Positions 52,454 to 61,832 of a stretch of 64,000 nt of DNA are shown piece after piece. This DNA comes from a virus (lineage: Duplodnaviria; Heunggongvirae; Uroviricota; Caudoviricetes). Positions within the stretch are counted from its first letter, which is position 1. The number at the start of each line of letters is the position of its first letter. Below the pieces are notes generated by a model. It saw only the letters and a program-made list of their open reading frames with translations, had not been told where the DNA came from and did no database searches. The DNA lies in the IMG/VR virus record IMGVR_UViG_3300026472_000003, positions 18,851 to 82,850 of that record; one strand, 5' to 3'. The position numbers were made by a program, and so were the translations under genes.

Positions 52454-52957
52454 ATGATGATTGACCTTTTCGACGTATCTTATGACGGGAAGGTCGTCAC
52501 TAGGACGAAGACAGGGAACACACTCAAGCAAACCGTTATGAAAAACGGCTATGTTAAAGTCCACACCATGATCGAAAAGAGAATGGTGAATGTTTTGGTT
52601 CATCGTCTGGTGGCGACAAAATACTTACCGAAACCGAAGGGTAAAGACTTTGTAAACCACAAAGACGGTGATAAAACCAACAACCATGCAGGTAACCTTG
52701 AGTGGGTCACCGAGTTGGAAAACATGCATCATGCAAAGGTGCATGGACTCCTTAATCCAGTGCTGAATGAAAAGCATCCTGGACATAAGCTGACTAACTT
52801 AGAGGTTGAAGAGATTCGCAGTCTGTACATCCCACGCTGTAGGACAAACGGAACACGGGGATTAGCTCGAAGATTCAGGGTAAACCAATCGGTTGTCTCG
52901 GAGATTGTGAACAATAAGGCGAGGAAAAATAATGGCAATGAACAAAAAAGAACGTGA
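52454..52957 (+). CDS. free-standing HNH homing endonuclease with a C-terminal HTH
   Basis: VHRLVA...VNHKDGDKTNNHAGNLEWVT..EN; KLT...V.EIR...LARRF.V..S.VS.I. Confidence 0.88.
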   Translation: MMIDLFDVSYDGKVVTRTKTGNTLKQTVMKNGYVKVHTMIEKRMVNVLVHRLVATKYLPKPKGKDFVNHKDGDKTNNHAGNLEWVTELENMHHAKVHGLLNPVLNEKHPGHKLTNLEVEEIRSLYIPRCRTNGTRGLARRFRVNQSVVSEIVNNKARKNNGNEQKRT

Positions 52958-53333
52958 GCAGTTAGATGCCACGATTCGTGAAGCACAAGTGAACAAGGCG
53001 CTTCGCTGGTCAGATTATGAAGTGGAGCCTGATTTGTCCCCACCGCCGTACTCTTATGCCCCCGAAGAGAAGATAACCAACGGGTGGAGCTTCAACGCCC
53101 ATAATGGTCGAGTGTACCAGACATGGTCTGAATCCTCTTCTCATGGGGATGGTTGGAGAGTGGTGGGGGAGAAGAACACTTACGGCTCCCAGAGAGGCAT
53201 CTCTCAATACAGCACAAAAGAGAAAGCCTTGAAGGCCCTTCGTGTTAAGCTGGAAAACAACTTTGCCAAGGCTTTGGCTGATGTGGATATTCTGATCAAA
53301 TTGGAGAAAGATAAGAATGAAGGTCAGAAATAA
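52932..53333 (+). CDS. hypothetical protein
   Basis: GAGG RBS. Confidence 0.7.
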   Translation: MAMNKKEREQLDATIREAQVNKALRWSDYEVEPDLSPPPYSYAPEEKITNGWSFNAHNGRVYQTWSESSSHGDGWRVVGEKNTYGSQRGISQYSTKEKALKALRVKLENNFAKALADVDILIKLEKDKNEGQK

Positions 53334-53613
53334 CGTTGAGTGCGACACCCTTGATGAAATCATAACTGTATTGGGTGACCCCAATCGTATTGGTAAAGAC
53401 ATCACTTGGGTGGCAAAGAACTATTCAGCAAAACAGCTCATTCTTGACTTGCGTAAAGTACAGGAGTCCCTGAATCAGGGGCTTCCTTCTGAGTTTGTAG
53501 ATGACTCTCGTGAAGCAATGATCGAGATGATTTTCAACGGCGGGAGTCCTTATGTCAGTGCCAAAACAAAAAAAATGAGCCTTACGAGGGGAGCTGGCTC
53601 CTCTATGGGATAA
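53317..53613 (+). CDS. hypothetical protein
   Basis: GGAG upstream; overlaps the previous gene. Confidence 0.7.
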   Translation: MKVRNNVECDTLDEIITVLGDPNRIGKDITWVAKNYSAKQLILDLRKVQESLNQGLPSEFVDDSREAMIEMIFNGGSPYVSAKTKKMSLTRGAGSSMG

Positions 53614-53668
53614 TTGCACAGGCCTTTTTCATTGGGCTTCTCGTAGGTATGATAATTAGCTAGGAGGA

Positions 53669-53986
53669 ATGATGAGTGTAGCCACACCAAATGTAAATAG
53701 TATCAAAGAACGCACAGGTACCGACCTGAAAGACGACGCAACCCGCCGGAGAGCGCTGTACTTCTGGGGGCTATGTTATCTTGATGAGGTTGGTGCAGAG
53801 TCAGGCGACTGTCACCAGGCTTTTGCTAACTTGTTAGAGTGCTCTCGTCAGGATGCAAAGGAAATCTGTTATGTTATCCATTACGTCTCTAACTGCCATG
53901 CATCAAAATTCCTTATAGAGAAATACAAGGACTATAAAGAATTTCAAGAAACTCGAAAAAATGTGTTGACGACAGAAACTGAGTAA
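53669..53986 (+). CDS. hypothetical protein
   Basis: AGGAGG RBS. Confidence 0.7.
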   Translation: MMSVATPNVNSIKERTGTDLKDDATRRRALYFWGLCYLDEVGAESGDCHQAFANLLECSRQDAKEICYVIHYVSNCHASKFLIEKYKDYKEFQETRKNVLTTETE

Positions 53987-53994
53987 AGCATAAT
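53966..53994 (+). promoter_or_regulatory. sigma70 promoter
   Basis: TTGACG-17-CATAAT upstream of a TAAGGAG RBS. Confidence 0.7.
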
Positions 53995-54046
53995 AGCCAC
54001 ATCAAGACAAAACGTCTTAACAAACAACTCTCATAAGGAGAATGCA

Positions 54047-56088
54047 ATGACTGCAACAGCTCAATACCCAAACAACCCATCTTTCACAGAGTTTCGTGAT
54101 GCAATTCGTGCTCAGTTCGCACTGATGCAGACCTTAGGTGAAGTCTACACAGTAGACCTGGAGAAGAACGCTCTGTTCGAGTTCTACTTGGATTCTTACC
54201 CAGAAGGCACCAACGTATTGTACCGTGAGCGCCGTGAGTATGATGGCAATTACGATAAGAGCTTCATCCGCACTATCGGTCGCACAGTTGTGTTGCATAA
54301 CAACAAGCCTGTTTCAGTCTGGGATATTCAGATTGGTGGTTACTACCAAGTTGTTGTTGACGCGATGAGGGAAATGGTTGAAGGCGCACCGATCAAAGAC
54401 CGATTCTTCCACTTGGAACCAAGTGTCGGCGTAGAGAAGAATGTTGAGCTGAACGAGGCAACAGGCAAAACCAAAACCTGGACTCACTTCTACACCCGAC
54501 TGCCAAGCAGCCTCGTTAAGCGTGGTGACCAGATTGGGCCTTTGAAAGGTGAATTGCGTGACAACTTCTCGGTTCTGGAGCGTTCCCTCCGCGACATCAC
54601 CATGGAATCGGCGGAGATTGTCCGCGACCTGATTGACCAGAAGTCTCTTTATAAAGGTGATGAGAAGAAACACCTCGTCGAGGCCTTTATCAAAGCGAAG
54701 AAGGCATATGATAAAGTTCCACCACACCGTCGTGTTAATTTCTGCTGAAAGAGAGTGAAACTCTTGGCAAGGTTGGACGATTCCGTAACGATGTGATCGG
54801 CACTCTATTGAGCGACCTGTCCGAGGGTGTTGACCTTGAAGCTGCTGTTAAGAAGTTTGAAGATAAGGTGTCCGGCACCAACTACAAACGTCCAACGGCG
54901 CTGGTAACGACCGCGATGGTTAAAAAAGCACAGCAGAAAGTTGAAGAGTTGGGATTACAGGATGCTCTGGCTCGTCGCTTCGCGGTTGCTCCAGACCTGA
55001 CGATCAACAACGTCTTGTTTGCTGACCGCACTGCCAAGGTTCAGATGAACGCCTTTGACGTGCTGGCTAAAGAATCAAAAGGTAGTCCTAAGAACTTGGA
55101 CAAAGTTGAAGAAATCAGCATTGAAGATTTCATCTCTAATGTTCTGCCGAAGGCTGGAAGCATTGAAGTGCTGGTTGAGAACCGCTTAACACCGAACTTG
55201 GTCAGCCTGCTTGCTCCGGCAAATGAGGGCGCACCGAACCTGTTCCAGTGGAACAACGGTTTCTCTTGGTCTTACAATGGTGAAGTTACTGACTCCATCA
55301 AAGAGAAAGTAAAAGCAGCGGGTGGTCGTGTTGACGGCGCTCTGCGTGTATCCTTGTCTTGGACAAACTCAGATGACTTGGATCTCCACATGCATGGGCC
55401 AAAAGGTAGCCATGTCTACTACAGCCGCTCCCATCGCCGTGCCAATGGTGCTTTCTTAGACCTTGACATGAACGGCATGGATAAGCATGATGACATCAGC
55501 CCTGTTGAGAATATCATCTGGGAAGATGAGAATCGGATCGATGAGGGTGTGTACCGTATTGTTGTGAATCAATACAACAAACGCATGAATGACCGTGAAG
55601 GGTTCATTGTTGAGCTTGATTTCAAGGGCCAGGTGTACACCTTCAACTATCCAAAGGCACACCGCAGCGGTAACATTGAAGTGTTGACCTTCAAGTACAG
55701 CAAAAAAGGCGGCGTGGAGATCATTGACAGTATTGGTCACACCAAGCAAAGCAAAGAAGTGTGGGGAATGAATACTGAATCCTTCCAAAAGGTCAGCTTG
55801 GTGATGAACTCACCTAACTTCTGGGATGGTCAGACTAACGGTAACAAGCACTACTTCTTCATGTTGGAAGGTTGTGTTAACCCGTCAGCAACACGCGGTT
55901 TCTACAATGAGTATTTACGTGGTGAACTGCATGAACACCGTAAAGTGTTTGAGCTGCTGAGTGGAAAACTCAAAGCAGAGTTCACCGAAGAGCAGTTGAG
56001 CGGCTTAGGCTTCTCTTCCACTCAACGTAACGACTTAATTGTCAAGGTTGGCGGTTCCTTTAACCGCACATTAAAAGTTAAATTTTAA
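54047..56088 (+). pseudogene. single ~680-aa gene split by an apparent 1-nt deletion at ~54747 (track ORFs 54047-54748 and 54793-56088); YfaP/DUF2135-like C-terminal domain
   Basis: TGC TG- AAA GAG AGT...: restoring one G reads NFC-W-KESETLGKVGRFRNDVIGTLL continuously; ORF2 has no RBS; LRVSLSW...DLDLH motif. Confidence 0.7.
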
Positions 56089-56300
56089 TGATGAAGGGGT
56101 TGAAACCAACCCCGATAACTGATAGAGTGTTTGCATGTCTGGAGGGAGTTGTTCCTCCAGAAAACCCCTTCAAGAGAGTTCGAGAAGAATTTGGTTGCAC
56201 CTACATGACTGCCAAGAAACTCGCATTCTGCTTGGGTTATCGGGCTACAGAAGAACAATTGGCTGCGATTCTTGAAGAACGTGGCATCTTAAAAAACTAA
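56088..56300 (+). CDS. hypothetical protein
   Basis: TAATG overlap. Confidence 0.65.
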   Translation: MMKGLKPTPITDRVFACLEGVVPPENPFKRVREEFGCTYMTAKKLAFCLGYRATEEQLAAILEERGILKN

Positions 56301-56314
56301 AGAGGAGATTTACC

Positions 56315-56719
56315 ATGTCAGATACTAACAACTTATTCGCCACTGCTACTCGTTTGAAACTGCGTTTCCAATCACCACGCGGGATCAACTCCCTTGCTGT
56401 TGAAGACCTTTGGGATCTGCCGTTGAAAGGTTCTGTATCCCTGGACACCGTGTCACAACTAGCAAACCGTGACGTAAAAGCCTCTGAGGAAGAGAGTTTT
56501 GTTGAGCCAACAACAAAAGCTAACGCGACCGCAGTGTTGAAGCTCGATGTCCTGAAATACATCATAGCGATCCGTAAGGCAGAAAAAGAGGCCCGTGAGA
56601 AAGAAGGTGAGAAGGCCGAACGTAGACGTCAGATCCTTGACCTGTTGGCACAGAAAGACAGCGAAGCTGATGCCGTTAAGACCAAAGAAGAGTTGCTGGC
56701 TGAACTCGACGCCCTTTAA
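56315..56719 (+). CDS. coiled-coil hypothetical protein
   Basis: GAGGAG RBS; KLRF.S.RG..L.VEDLWDLPL motif-like block. Confidence 0.8.
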   Translation: MSDTNNLFATATRLKLRFQSPRGINSLAVEDLWDLPLKGSVSLDTVSQLANRDVKASEEESFVEPTTKANATAVLKLDVLKYIIAIRKAEKEAREKEGEKAERRRQILDLLAQKDSEADAVKTKEELLAELDAL

Positions 56720-56735
56720 TCGAACACCTTTAATT

Positions 56736-56760
56736 AAGCCCCGCATGGGGCTTTTCTTGT
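56736..56760 (+). terminator. intrinsic terminator
   Basis: AAGCCCC-gcat-GGGGCTT-TTCTTGT. Confidence 0.8.
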
Positions 56761-57036
56761 ATGGAGGACGAAGTGGAGAAAAGAGAAATAGGCTATCATC
56801 TAAAGGACATCCCAAAACGCAACTATGGGTCTTTTGGCAAGATACAGGAAGAGCTGGAAGAGCTTGATGACGCTCATCGGCAAGGCAGTAAGGTAATGAT
56901 GCTGGTCGAACTCAGCGACATGTACGGTGCGATAGAGGGCTATCTGGAGGAGAACTTCCCTGGCATGAAGATGCACGACTTGGCTAAGTTCTCCGACATC
57001 ACAAAACGTGCATTTAAAAATGGATACCGCCAATGA
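56761..57036 (+). CDS. MazG/all-alpha NTP-pyrophosphatase-like small protein
   Basis: KIQEELEELDDA...VELSDMYGAI (EExxE...ExxD); start uncertain. Confidence 0.55.
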   Translation: MEDEVEKREIGYHLKDIPKRNYGSFGKIQEELEELDDAHRQGSKVMMLVELSDMYGAIEGYLEENFPGMKMHDLAKFSDITKRAFKNGYRQ

Positions 57037-57596
57037 ACATTAACCTTGACTTAGTTATGGAGGCTGTTGCTTTTTATGGCAATTGGTGCCATCCGGCAAC
57101 TGTACCTTACCTTGTTGACCCCGACATTATGGCGTTCACCTGTCCCCCAGGGGTTGTTGACCGCCGTCTAACGCACTTCGACGGAAAGCAGTATGTTGCC
57201 AGCGCGGAGCAATCTTTCTTGCAAATAGAAAAAGAAGGTAAGCTAGGCCCCACCTGCCCACCGCTGATGGCCTTAACCCCTTGTTATCGGGATGAGAGTG
57301 TTCTTGACGATGTCCATCTGAACATCTTTCTTAAACTGGAGATTTTTGATTACAACCCACCAAGCAAAAAAGACACCCCTTTGTGGTGGGCTGAAAGGAT
57401 GGTTGAGTTCTTCGACGGGAGAGGTGTTTGGACTCACATTGTGAAGACGGACATTGGCTATGACGTACTGACAAAGTCAGACTTAGAGTTGGGTTCCTTC
57501 GGCTACAGAACCTCACCACAAGGCGTTCGGTACGTCTATGCGACTGGGCTAGCAGAGCCACGGGCTTCCATCGCTATCGAGGAGGAAAATGGCTAA
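57033..57596 (+). CDS. minimal class II aminoacyl-tRNA synthetase-like catalytic core
   Basis: motif 2-like TPCYRDE..LDDVHLNIFLKLE; motif 3-like YATGLAEPR; ASAEQSFL; only 187 aa with no anticodon-binding domain. Confidence 0.7.
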   Translation: MNINLDLVMEAVAFYGNWCHPATVPYLVDPDIMAFTCPPGVVDRRLTHFDGKQYVASAEQSFLQIEKEGKLGPTCPPLMALTPCYRDESVLDDVHLNIFLKLEIFDYNPPSKKDTPLWWAERMVEFFDGRGVWTHIVKTDIGYDVLTKSDLELGSFGYRTSPQGVRYVYATGLAEPRASIAIEEENG

Positions 57597-57927
57597 GATC
57601 TTAAACTTTTACCACATCGGTAAGGTTATCCCTCCCAACGCTGAGTACATGGGGCGAGCAATGCCCCACCTCGGCCTTAAGCAATCCAAGTTTGCAAATC
57701 CTTTTAAACTGTCCAAGGGTGAACCTCGTGGTGCCACGATTGAGCGCTATCGCGTCTGGTTGTGGCAGCAGATCCGCTCCGGTAAAATAACTATACAAGA
57801 TTTGCTTGACTTGGATGGCAAAGACCTTGTATGCTTCTGTAAACAGCCAAACAAAGAGGTGGAGTGTCATTGTGATGTCATAATGGCAGCTATCGAATGG
57901 GCCAAAAAACAGAGGAAACCACCATGA
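57589..57927 (+). CDS. DUF4326 domain protein
   Basis: YMGR...SKFANPF...Y..WL...LDGKDLVCFC...CHCDVI. Confidence 0.8.
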   Translation: MAKILNFYHIGKVIPPNAEYMGRAMPHLGLKQSKFANPFKLSKGEPRGATIERYRVWLWQQIRSGKITIQDLLDLDGKDLVCFCKQPNKEVECHCDVIMAAIEWAKKQRKPP

Positions 57928-58226
57928 AAAAATTAATTATTGCTCTTGCTTTATTTTGTTCTGCGGCGAGTGCCAACTCTTTAGACCACGTATTTTATGA
58001 CGAGAACGGAGTCCGTGTCTTAAGCGCAGAACAAAAGGCAGAACTCTCCAAACAAGTAGGCCCTGAAATTGTGGAGATGTTGCAATATCAACAGACCCGA
58101 GCAGCTTACAATGTCCTGATTGCCAAAATGGAACTCAAGTTGGCAGAAGCCGAGCGAGACAAGGCGCTACTTGAACAAGAGCTTTCTATTCACCGTAAGA
58201 GACTTGGAAAAGCCAATGAGAAATAA
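57924..58226 (+). CDS. secreted coiled-coil protein
   Basis: signal peptide MKKLIIALALFCSAASA; ATGA overlap. Confidence 0.7.
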   Translation: MKKLIIALALFCSAASANSLDHVFYDENGVRVLSAEQKAELSKQVGPEIVEMLQYQQTRAAYNVLIAKMELKLAEAERDKALLEQELSIHRKRLGKANEK

Positions 58227-58443
58227 AAAACAAGGGTTGCTCAGAAAGGCACTTTGGGTTATCATCGGCTTAGTGGTTATCTTGTTTGTCTGGAGAGTAG
58301 CCGACGAAGAGATTGATACCTACAAAAGGAAATGTATCCCCAACGGGCAGCAGCGCATGGTCAACACCTTTGATGGGATACGAGTCGAAGACCAGTTGAT
58401 CTGCAAAGATGGTCGCACCAAGTGGGTCATGCAGTACAATTAG
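58216..58443 (+). CDS. single-TM protein
   Basis: start at 58216; ALWVIIGLVVILFVW. Confidence 0.65.
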   Translation: MRNKKQGLLRKALWVIIGLVVILFVWRVADEEIDTYKRKCIPNGQQRMVNTFDGIRVEDQLICKDGRTKWVMQYN

Positions 58444-58474
58444 TTGGAGTACAAATAAATAATCTCACAAGGAG

Positions 58475-58714
58475 ATGAAGATGAAATTCAAACAACTAGC
58501 CTGGTCTCAGGATAGTGACGGACACAATACTCTCATGTATGACTCACAGATGGGTTGGTTTACAGGCTTGGCTTTTTTCAAAGGTGGTTTGTGGCGGTTA
58601 AACTCTGAGAATAAAGACCCATCAGAGCAGCTTGCAACGGCATCCTCTCTGGAGGAAATCAAATCCATAGCCCAAGAGCTGCACAACACAAGTGTTAAAA
58701 CCGATTTCTTTTAG
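58475..58714 (+). CDS. hypothetical protein
   Basis: AAGGAG RBS. Confidence 0.7.
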   Translation: MKMKFKQLAWSQDSDGHNTLMYDSQMGWFTGLAFFKGGLWRLNSENKDPSEQLATASSLEEIKSIAQELHNTSVKTDFF

Positions 58715-58724
58715 GAGAGAATAG

Positions 58725-58910
58725 ATGGTTTCAGTTGTTTCACCACAAAAAGTTATGCAAGCGACCTGCTACAAATGCAAGGCCGGACTTGAATATGTCT
58801 TCACTGAGATAAAAGAGAAGACCACCACTGACTACACAGATGGACGGGATGTAGTAAAATACATCGTCTGCCCTGTGTGTAACAACCATGTAACTGTAGG
58901 GTTTTTATAA
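58725..58910 (+). CDS. zinc-ribbon protein
   Basis: CYKC...CPVC; AGGAG RBS. Confidence 0.75.
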   Translation: MVSVVSPQKVMQATCYKCKAGLEYVFTEIKEKTTTDYTDGRDVVKYIVCPVCNNHVTVGFL

Positions 58911-60001
58911 TGCAAACTGTAAACGGCCTGATTTTTGGTAAATTTGCCCCATTGACGCTGGGTCACATTGAACTGATCAACCAAGCACTCCGACAGTGCG
59001 ACCATTTATATTTGTTCTTGTCCTTCGACCAGAAGTTCTTGAACAGTCAGCCTGAGTGGCTCCAGGCGAAGCTGGGCCTTGTTGATCGTCTACGTGACTT
59101 AAAGGATGTTGTGAGTAACGCCCCCGAACACGTAAGAAGCTCTATTACTGTCTCTTATGTGGATGAGTCCAACATACCTGACTACCCAGAAGGGGCGAAG
59201 GCTTATGAAGGCTTAATCCGTGCAGGTTTGCCAGAGGGAGTGGTTCTTCATAAGGCCTTCTCTTCTGAACGAGAGTACACGGCTTATTTCTCGGAGCACT
59301 TCCCTGAATGCGAGCACGTAGTGATTGACCCAGACCGATCTGAGGTGCCTATCTCTGCGACGAAGATCCGTGGCAATGTGTACAGCAACTTCAATATGCT
59401 GGCACCTCCGGCGAAGAAGCGTTTTGTCAAAAAGGTGGCTATTGTTGGGGTGGAAAGCACGGGTAAAACCACGCTCTCACAACTCTTATCGGAACACTTC
59501 TCGGCCCGTTATACATCGGAAATAGGTCGGACAATTTGTGAGGAAGACTTCTACGGGTCGGAGTTCCTGATGCATCGTGAGGACTACCTCGCCATTGCGA
59601 TGGATCACCGCCAAGTGGAGAACTATCATGCTAAACTCTCGGATGTTGGAGTGACGTTCTCTGATACGACAAATCTAATCACCCACTTCTCGGCTGTGTG
59701 CTCGTTGAAGACAGATTTGCTCGACCCGTTATTCTTGGCCCTTGATAAAGAAGAAGGTGACAATTTCTATGACTTGGTGCTGTACTTACAGCCCGATGTG
59801 CCTTGGGTAGCAGACCCACTGCGCCTCCAGGATACACCGGAGAAGCGAAAAGAAACAAACGAATTGCTTGACTCCATGATCACTAAGTCGTATAGTGGCA
59901 CCCAAGTCGTTAAGATCGACGGTGATAACTACAATGTCCGAACTGCCAAGGCAATTCAGATTGTTGAAGACTTCTTGATGGGTAAAGTATTGGAGATTTA
60001 A
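58910..60001 (+). CDS. nadR: NadR-like bifunctional NMN adenylyltransferase / nicotinamide riboside kinase, lacking the repressor HTH
   Basis: FGKFAPLTLGH (HxGH type), PISATKIR, P-loop GVESTGKTT, FSDT, PWVADPLR. Confidence 0.92.
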   Translation: MQTVNGLIFGKFAPLTLGHIELINQALRQCDHLYLFLSFDQKFLNSQPEWLQAKLGLVDRLRDLKDVVSNAPEHVRSSITVSYVDESNIPDYPEGAKAYEGLIRAGLPEGVVLHKAFSSEREYTAYFSEHFPECEHVVIDPDRSEVPISATKIRGNVYSNFNMLAPPAKKRFVKKVAIVGVESTGKTTLSQLLSEHFSARYTSEIGRTICEEDFYGSEFLMHREDYLAIAMDHRQVENYHAKLSDVGVTFSDTTNLITHFSAVCSLKTDLLDPLFLALDKEEGDNFYDLVLYLQPDVPWVADPLRLQDTPEKRKETNELLDSMITKSYSGTQVVKIDGDNYNVRTAKAIQIVEDFLMGKVLEI

Positions 60002-60002
60002 A

Positions 60003-60425
60003 ATGAAAGAAGTTCTCGAAATGGTATTCAAAAATCTCGGTGAGTGGACGTTTGTCTCCGATGTTGAAGAGATTGTAGGCAAAGATAGAGCACAAAGCGT
60101 TCTTAATGATCTGATCAAAAGAGGATTCGTCAAGTATTGTGCTTGTGGTTGCAGTGGCTTCATGGTCACAGACAAGGCAATTAAACACCTTAAAGCTCAG
60201 ACACAGCCGGAAACGGCTGTGTGGACAACACAGGACGGATTGAAGATCCGCGTAACCCACATGTCCAATGAACACTTAGTCAATGCAATCAATTGGTTAA
60301 TCATTGAGAAAGAGGTAGGGCCAGAAGATAATTTCTCTGCCTTGACGGATGAATATCAAGGTATTATGATAGGCACTTGGGTAAAAATCCTCAGTCAAGA
60401 ACTGTACAATCGAATCCCTAAATAG
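60003..60425 (+). CDS. hypothetical protein with an N-terminal winged helix
   Basis: GGAG RBS; WTTQDG...MSNEHLVNAI motif. Confidence 0.7.
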   Translation: MKEVLEMVFKNLGEWTFVSDVEEIVGKDRAQSVLNDLIKRGFVKYCACGCSGFMVTDKAIKHLKAQTQPETAVWTTQDGLKIRVTHMSNEHLVNAINWLIIEKEVGPEDNFSALTDEYQGIMIGTWVKILSQELYNRIPK

Positions 60426-60436
60426 GAGAAACTAAA

Positions 60437-61087
60437 TTGGTCTATGGTAAGGGTATAAACGACTCCCCGACCCCGTGTCAGAAATTCAAATGGGAAGATG
60501 GTAAGCCCAAGCTGGTGTGGAGATGCCCTTACTACGACCTGTGGACGGGTATTTTGTACAGGTGCTACTCACCATCTTTTCATAAAAAACAACCAACCTA
60601 TGCTGGTTGTTGCGTGGCAGATGAGTGGTTGACTTTCTCTGCTTTCAAAGATTGGGTGTTGAGAGATCCACTGCACAAAGAGTGGTTGAATAAGGAAGGA
60701 GACCTCCAGCTCGACAAAGACATCCTCTTGGAAGGAAATAGAGACTACACCCCGGCAGCTTGTGTTTTTATTCCTAAGTATGTGAATACTGCCCTGTCTT
60801 ATAGTAAGAACAGTGGATTGCCTATGGGTGTCACCCAGAGACCAGGACGATCGGGGTACGAAGTGGGATGCACTTTCTTGGGAAAAAGAAAATACTTGGG
60901 TACAAGACCAGACCCTTGGTCGGCCCATGCTCTATGGCAATACCAGAAGGTGTTGAATCTATTGTCTATTTTGAAAATGTACTCAACATCCAAATTCTTC
61001 AACAGTCATGTCGGAGATTCCTTAAAGAAAAGAATTGACAGAATCAGAAACGATCTCCAAAATGGGGAAGAGACAACACACTTATAG
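60437..61087 (+). CDS. HNH-like homing endonuclease (LDKDIL family), paralogue of 26656-27237
   Basis: W...FSAFKDW...LDKDILLEGNRDYTPAACVFIPKYVN. Confidence 0.75.
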   Translation: MVYGKGINDSPTPCQKFKWEDGKPKLVWRCPYYDLWTGILYRCYSPSFHKKQPTYAGCCVADEWLTFSAFKDWVLRDPLHKEWLNKEGDLQLDKDILLEGNRDYTPAACVFIPKYVNTALSYSKNSGLPMGVTQRPGRSGYEVGCTFLGKRKYLGTRPDPWSAHALWQYQKVLNLLSILKMYSTSKFFNSHVGDSLKKRIDRIRNDLQNGEETTHL

Positions 61088-61100
61088 GAGAAATGAGTAC

Positions 61101-61832
61101 ATGAAGAGTCTATACACAATGACGGCCTGGACAGACTTCTACGGGTGGAAGCCTCTTGAATATGCTTGGTTGGCTGTCTGCTCAATAGCTATCGCTATTA
61201 CCTCTGTCGTCATGGGTGGTGGGGTGATTGAGTTCATCTCCTCCGTGACGGGGATTATCGGTGCCATTTTGGTGGCGAAAGGTAAGCTGTCCAGTTATTA
61301 CTGGGGTTTCATCGCTACGGTGTTGTATGCGTACATCTCGTACAAGTACCAGCTCTATGGTGAGGCCATCATGTACACGATCCTGTTCACACCGATGCAG
61401 GTGATTGGGGCCTTTATCTGGGCGAAGAAATTAAAGGTATCCGCCGACGGCAGTCGGGCGGATGTTGTGAAGAAGTATCTGACCACAAAACAACGCTGGA
61501 TTGTTGGTATCGGAACATTAATCGTGATTGCTGTGTATGCTGAGTTTATCAGTCTACTGAATGGGGCAGCGCCAGGGTTGGATTCAGCAACAGCTATCTT
61601 GTCCATTCTTGCCACTTATCTGATGATGAAACGCTATGCAGAACAATGGTATGTGTGGATCATTGTTAACGTCGTGGCGGTAACCCTTTGGATTCAGACA
61701 GCCCTCCACCACGAGACACAAGGCTGGGCAGTGTTGGCAATGTGGACGGCGTTCCTACTAAACAGTATCTTTGGTGCCTACTTATGGCGAAAAATAGAAA
61801 AGGAAGAGGAAAACTATGCTCTCGTACATTGA
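61101..61832 (+). CDS. pnuC: PnuC nicotinamide riboside transporter
   Basis: about seven TM helices; GKLSSYYWG, LDSATAILSILATYLM.KRY.EQW..WII.N. Confidence 0.92.
   Translation: MKSLYTMTAWTDFYGWKPLEYAWLAVCSIAIAITSVVMGGGVIEFISSVTGIIGAILVAKGKLSSYYWGFIATVLYAYISYKYQLYGEAIMYTILFTPMQVIGAFIWAKKLKVSADGSRADVVKKYLTTKQRWIVGIGTLIVIAVYAEFISLLNGAAPGLDSATAILSILATYLMMKRYAEQWYVWIIVNVVAVTLWIQTALHHETQGWAVLAMWTAFLLNSIFGAYLWRKIEKEEENYALVH

Noticed and set aside
54739-54748. Programmed -1 ribosomal frameshift
   Set aside because: No X XXY YYZ slippery heptamer in the 9-nt window and no obvious downstream stimulator; a single-base deletion explains it more simply
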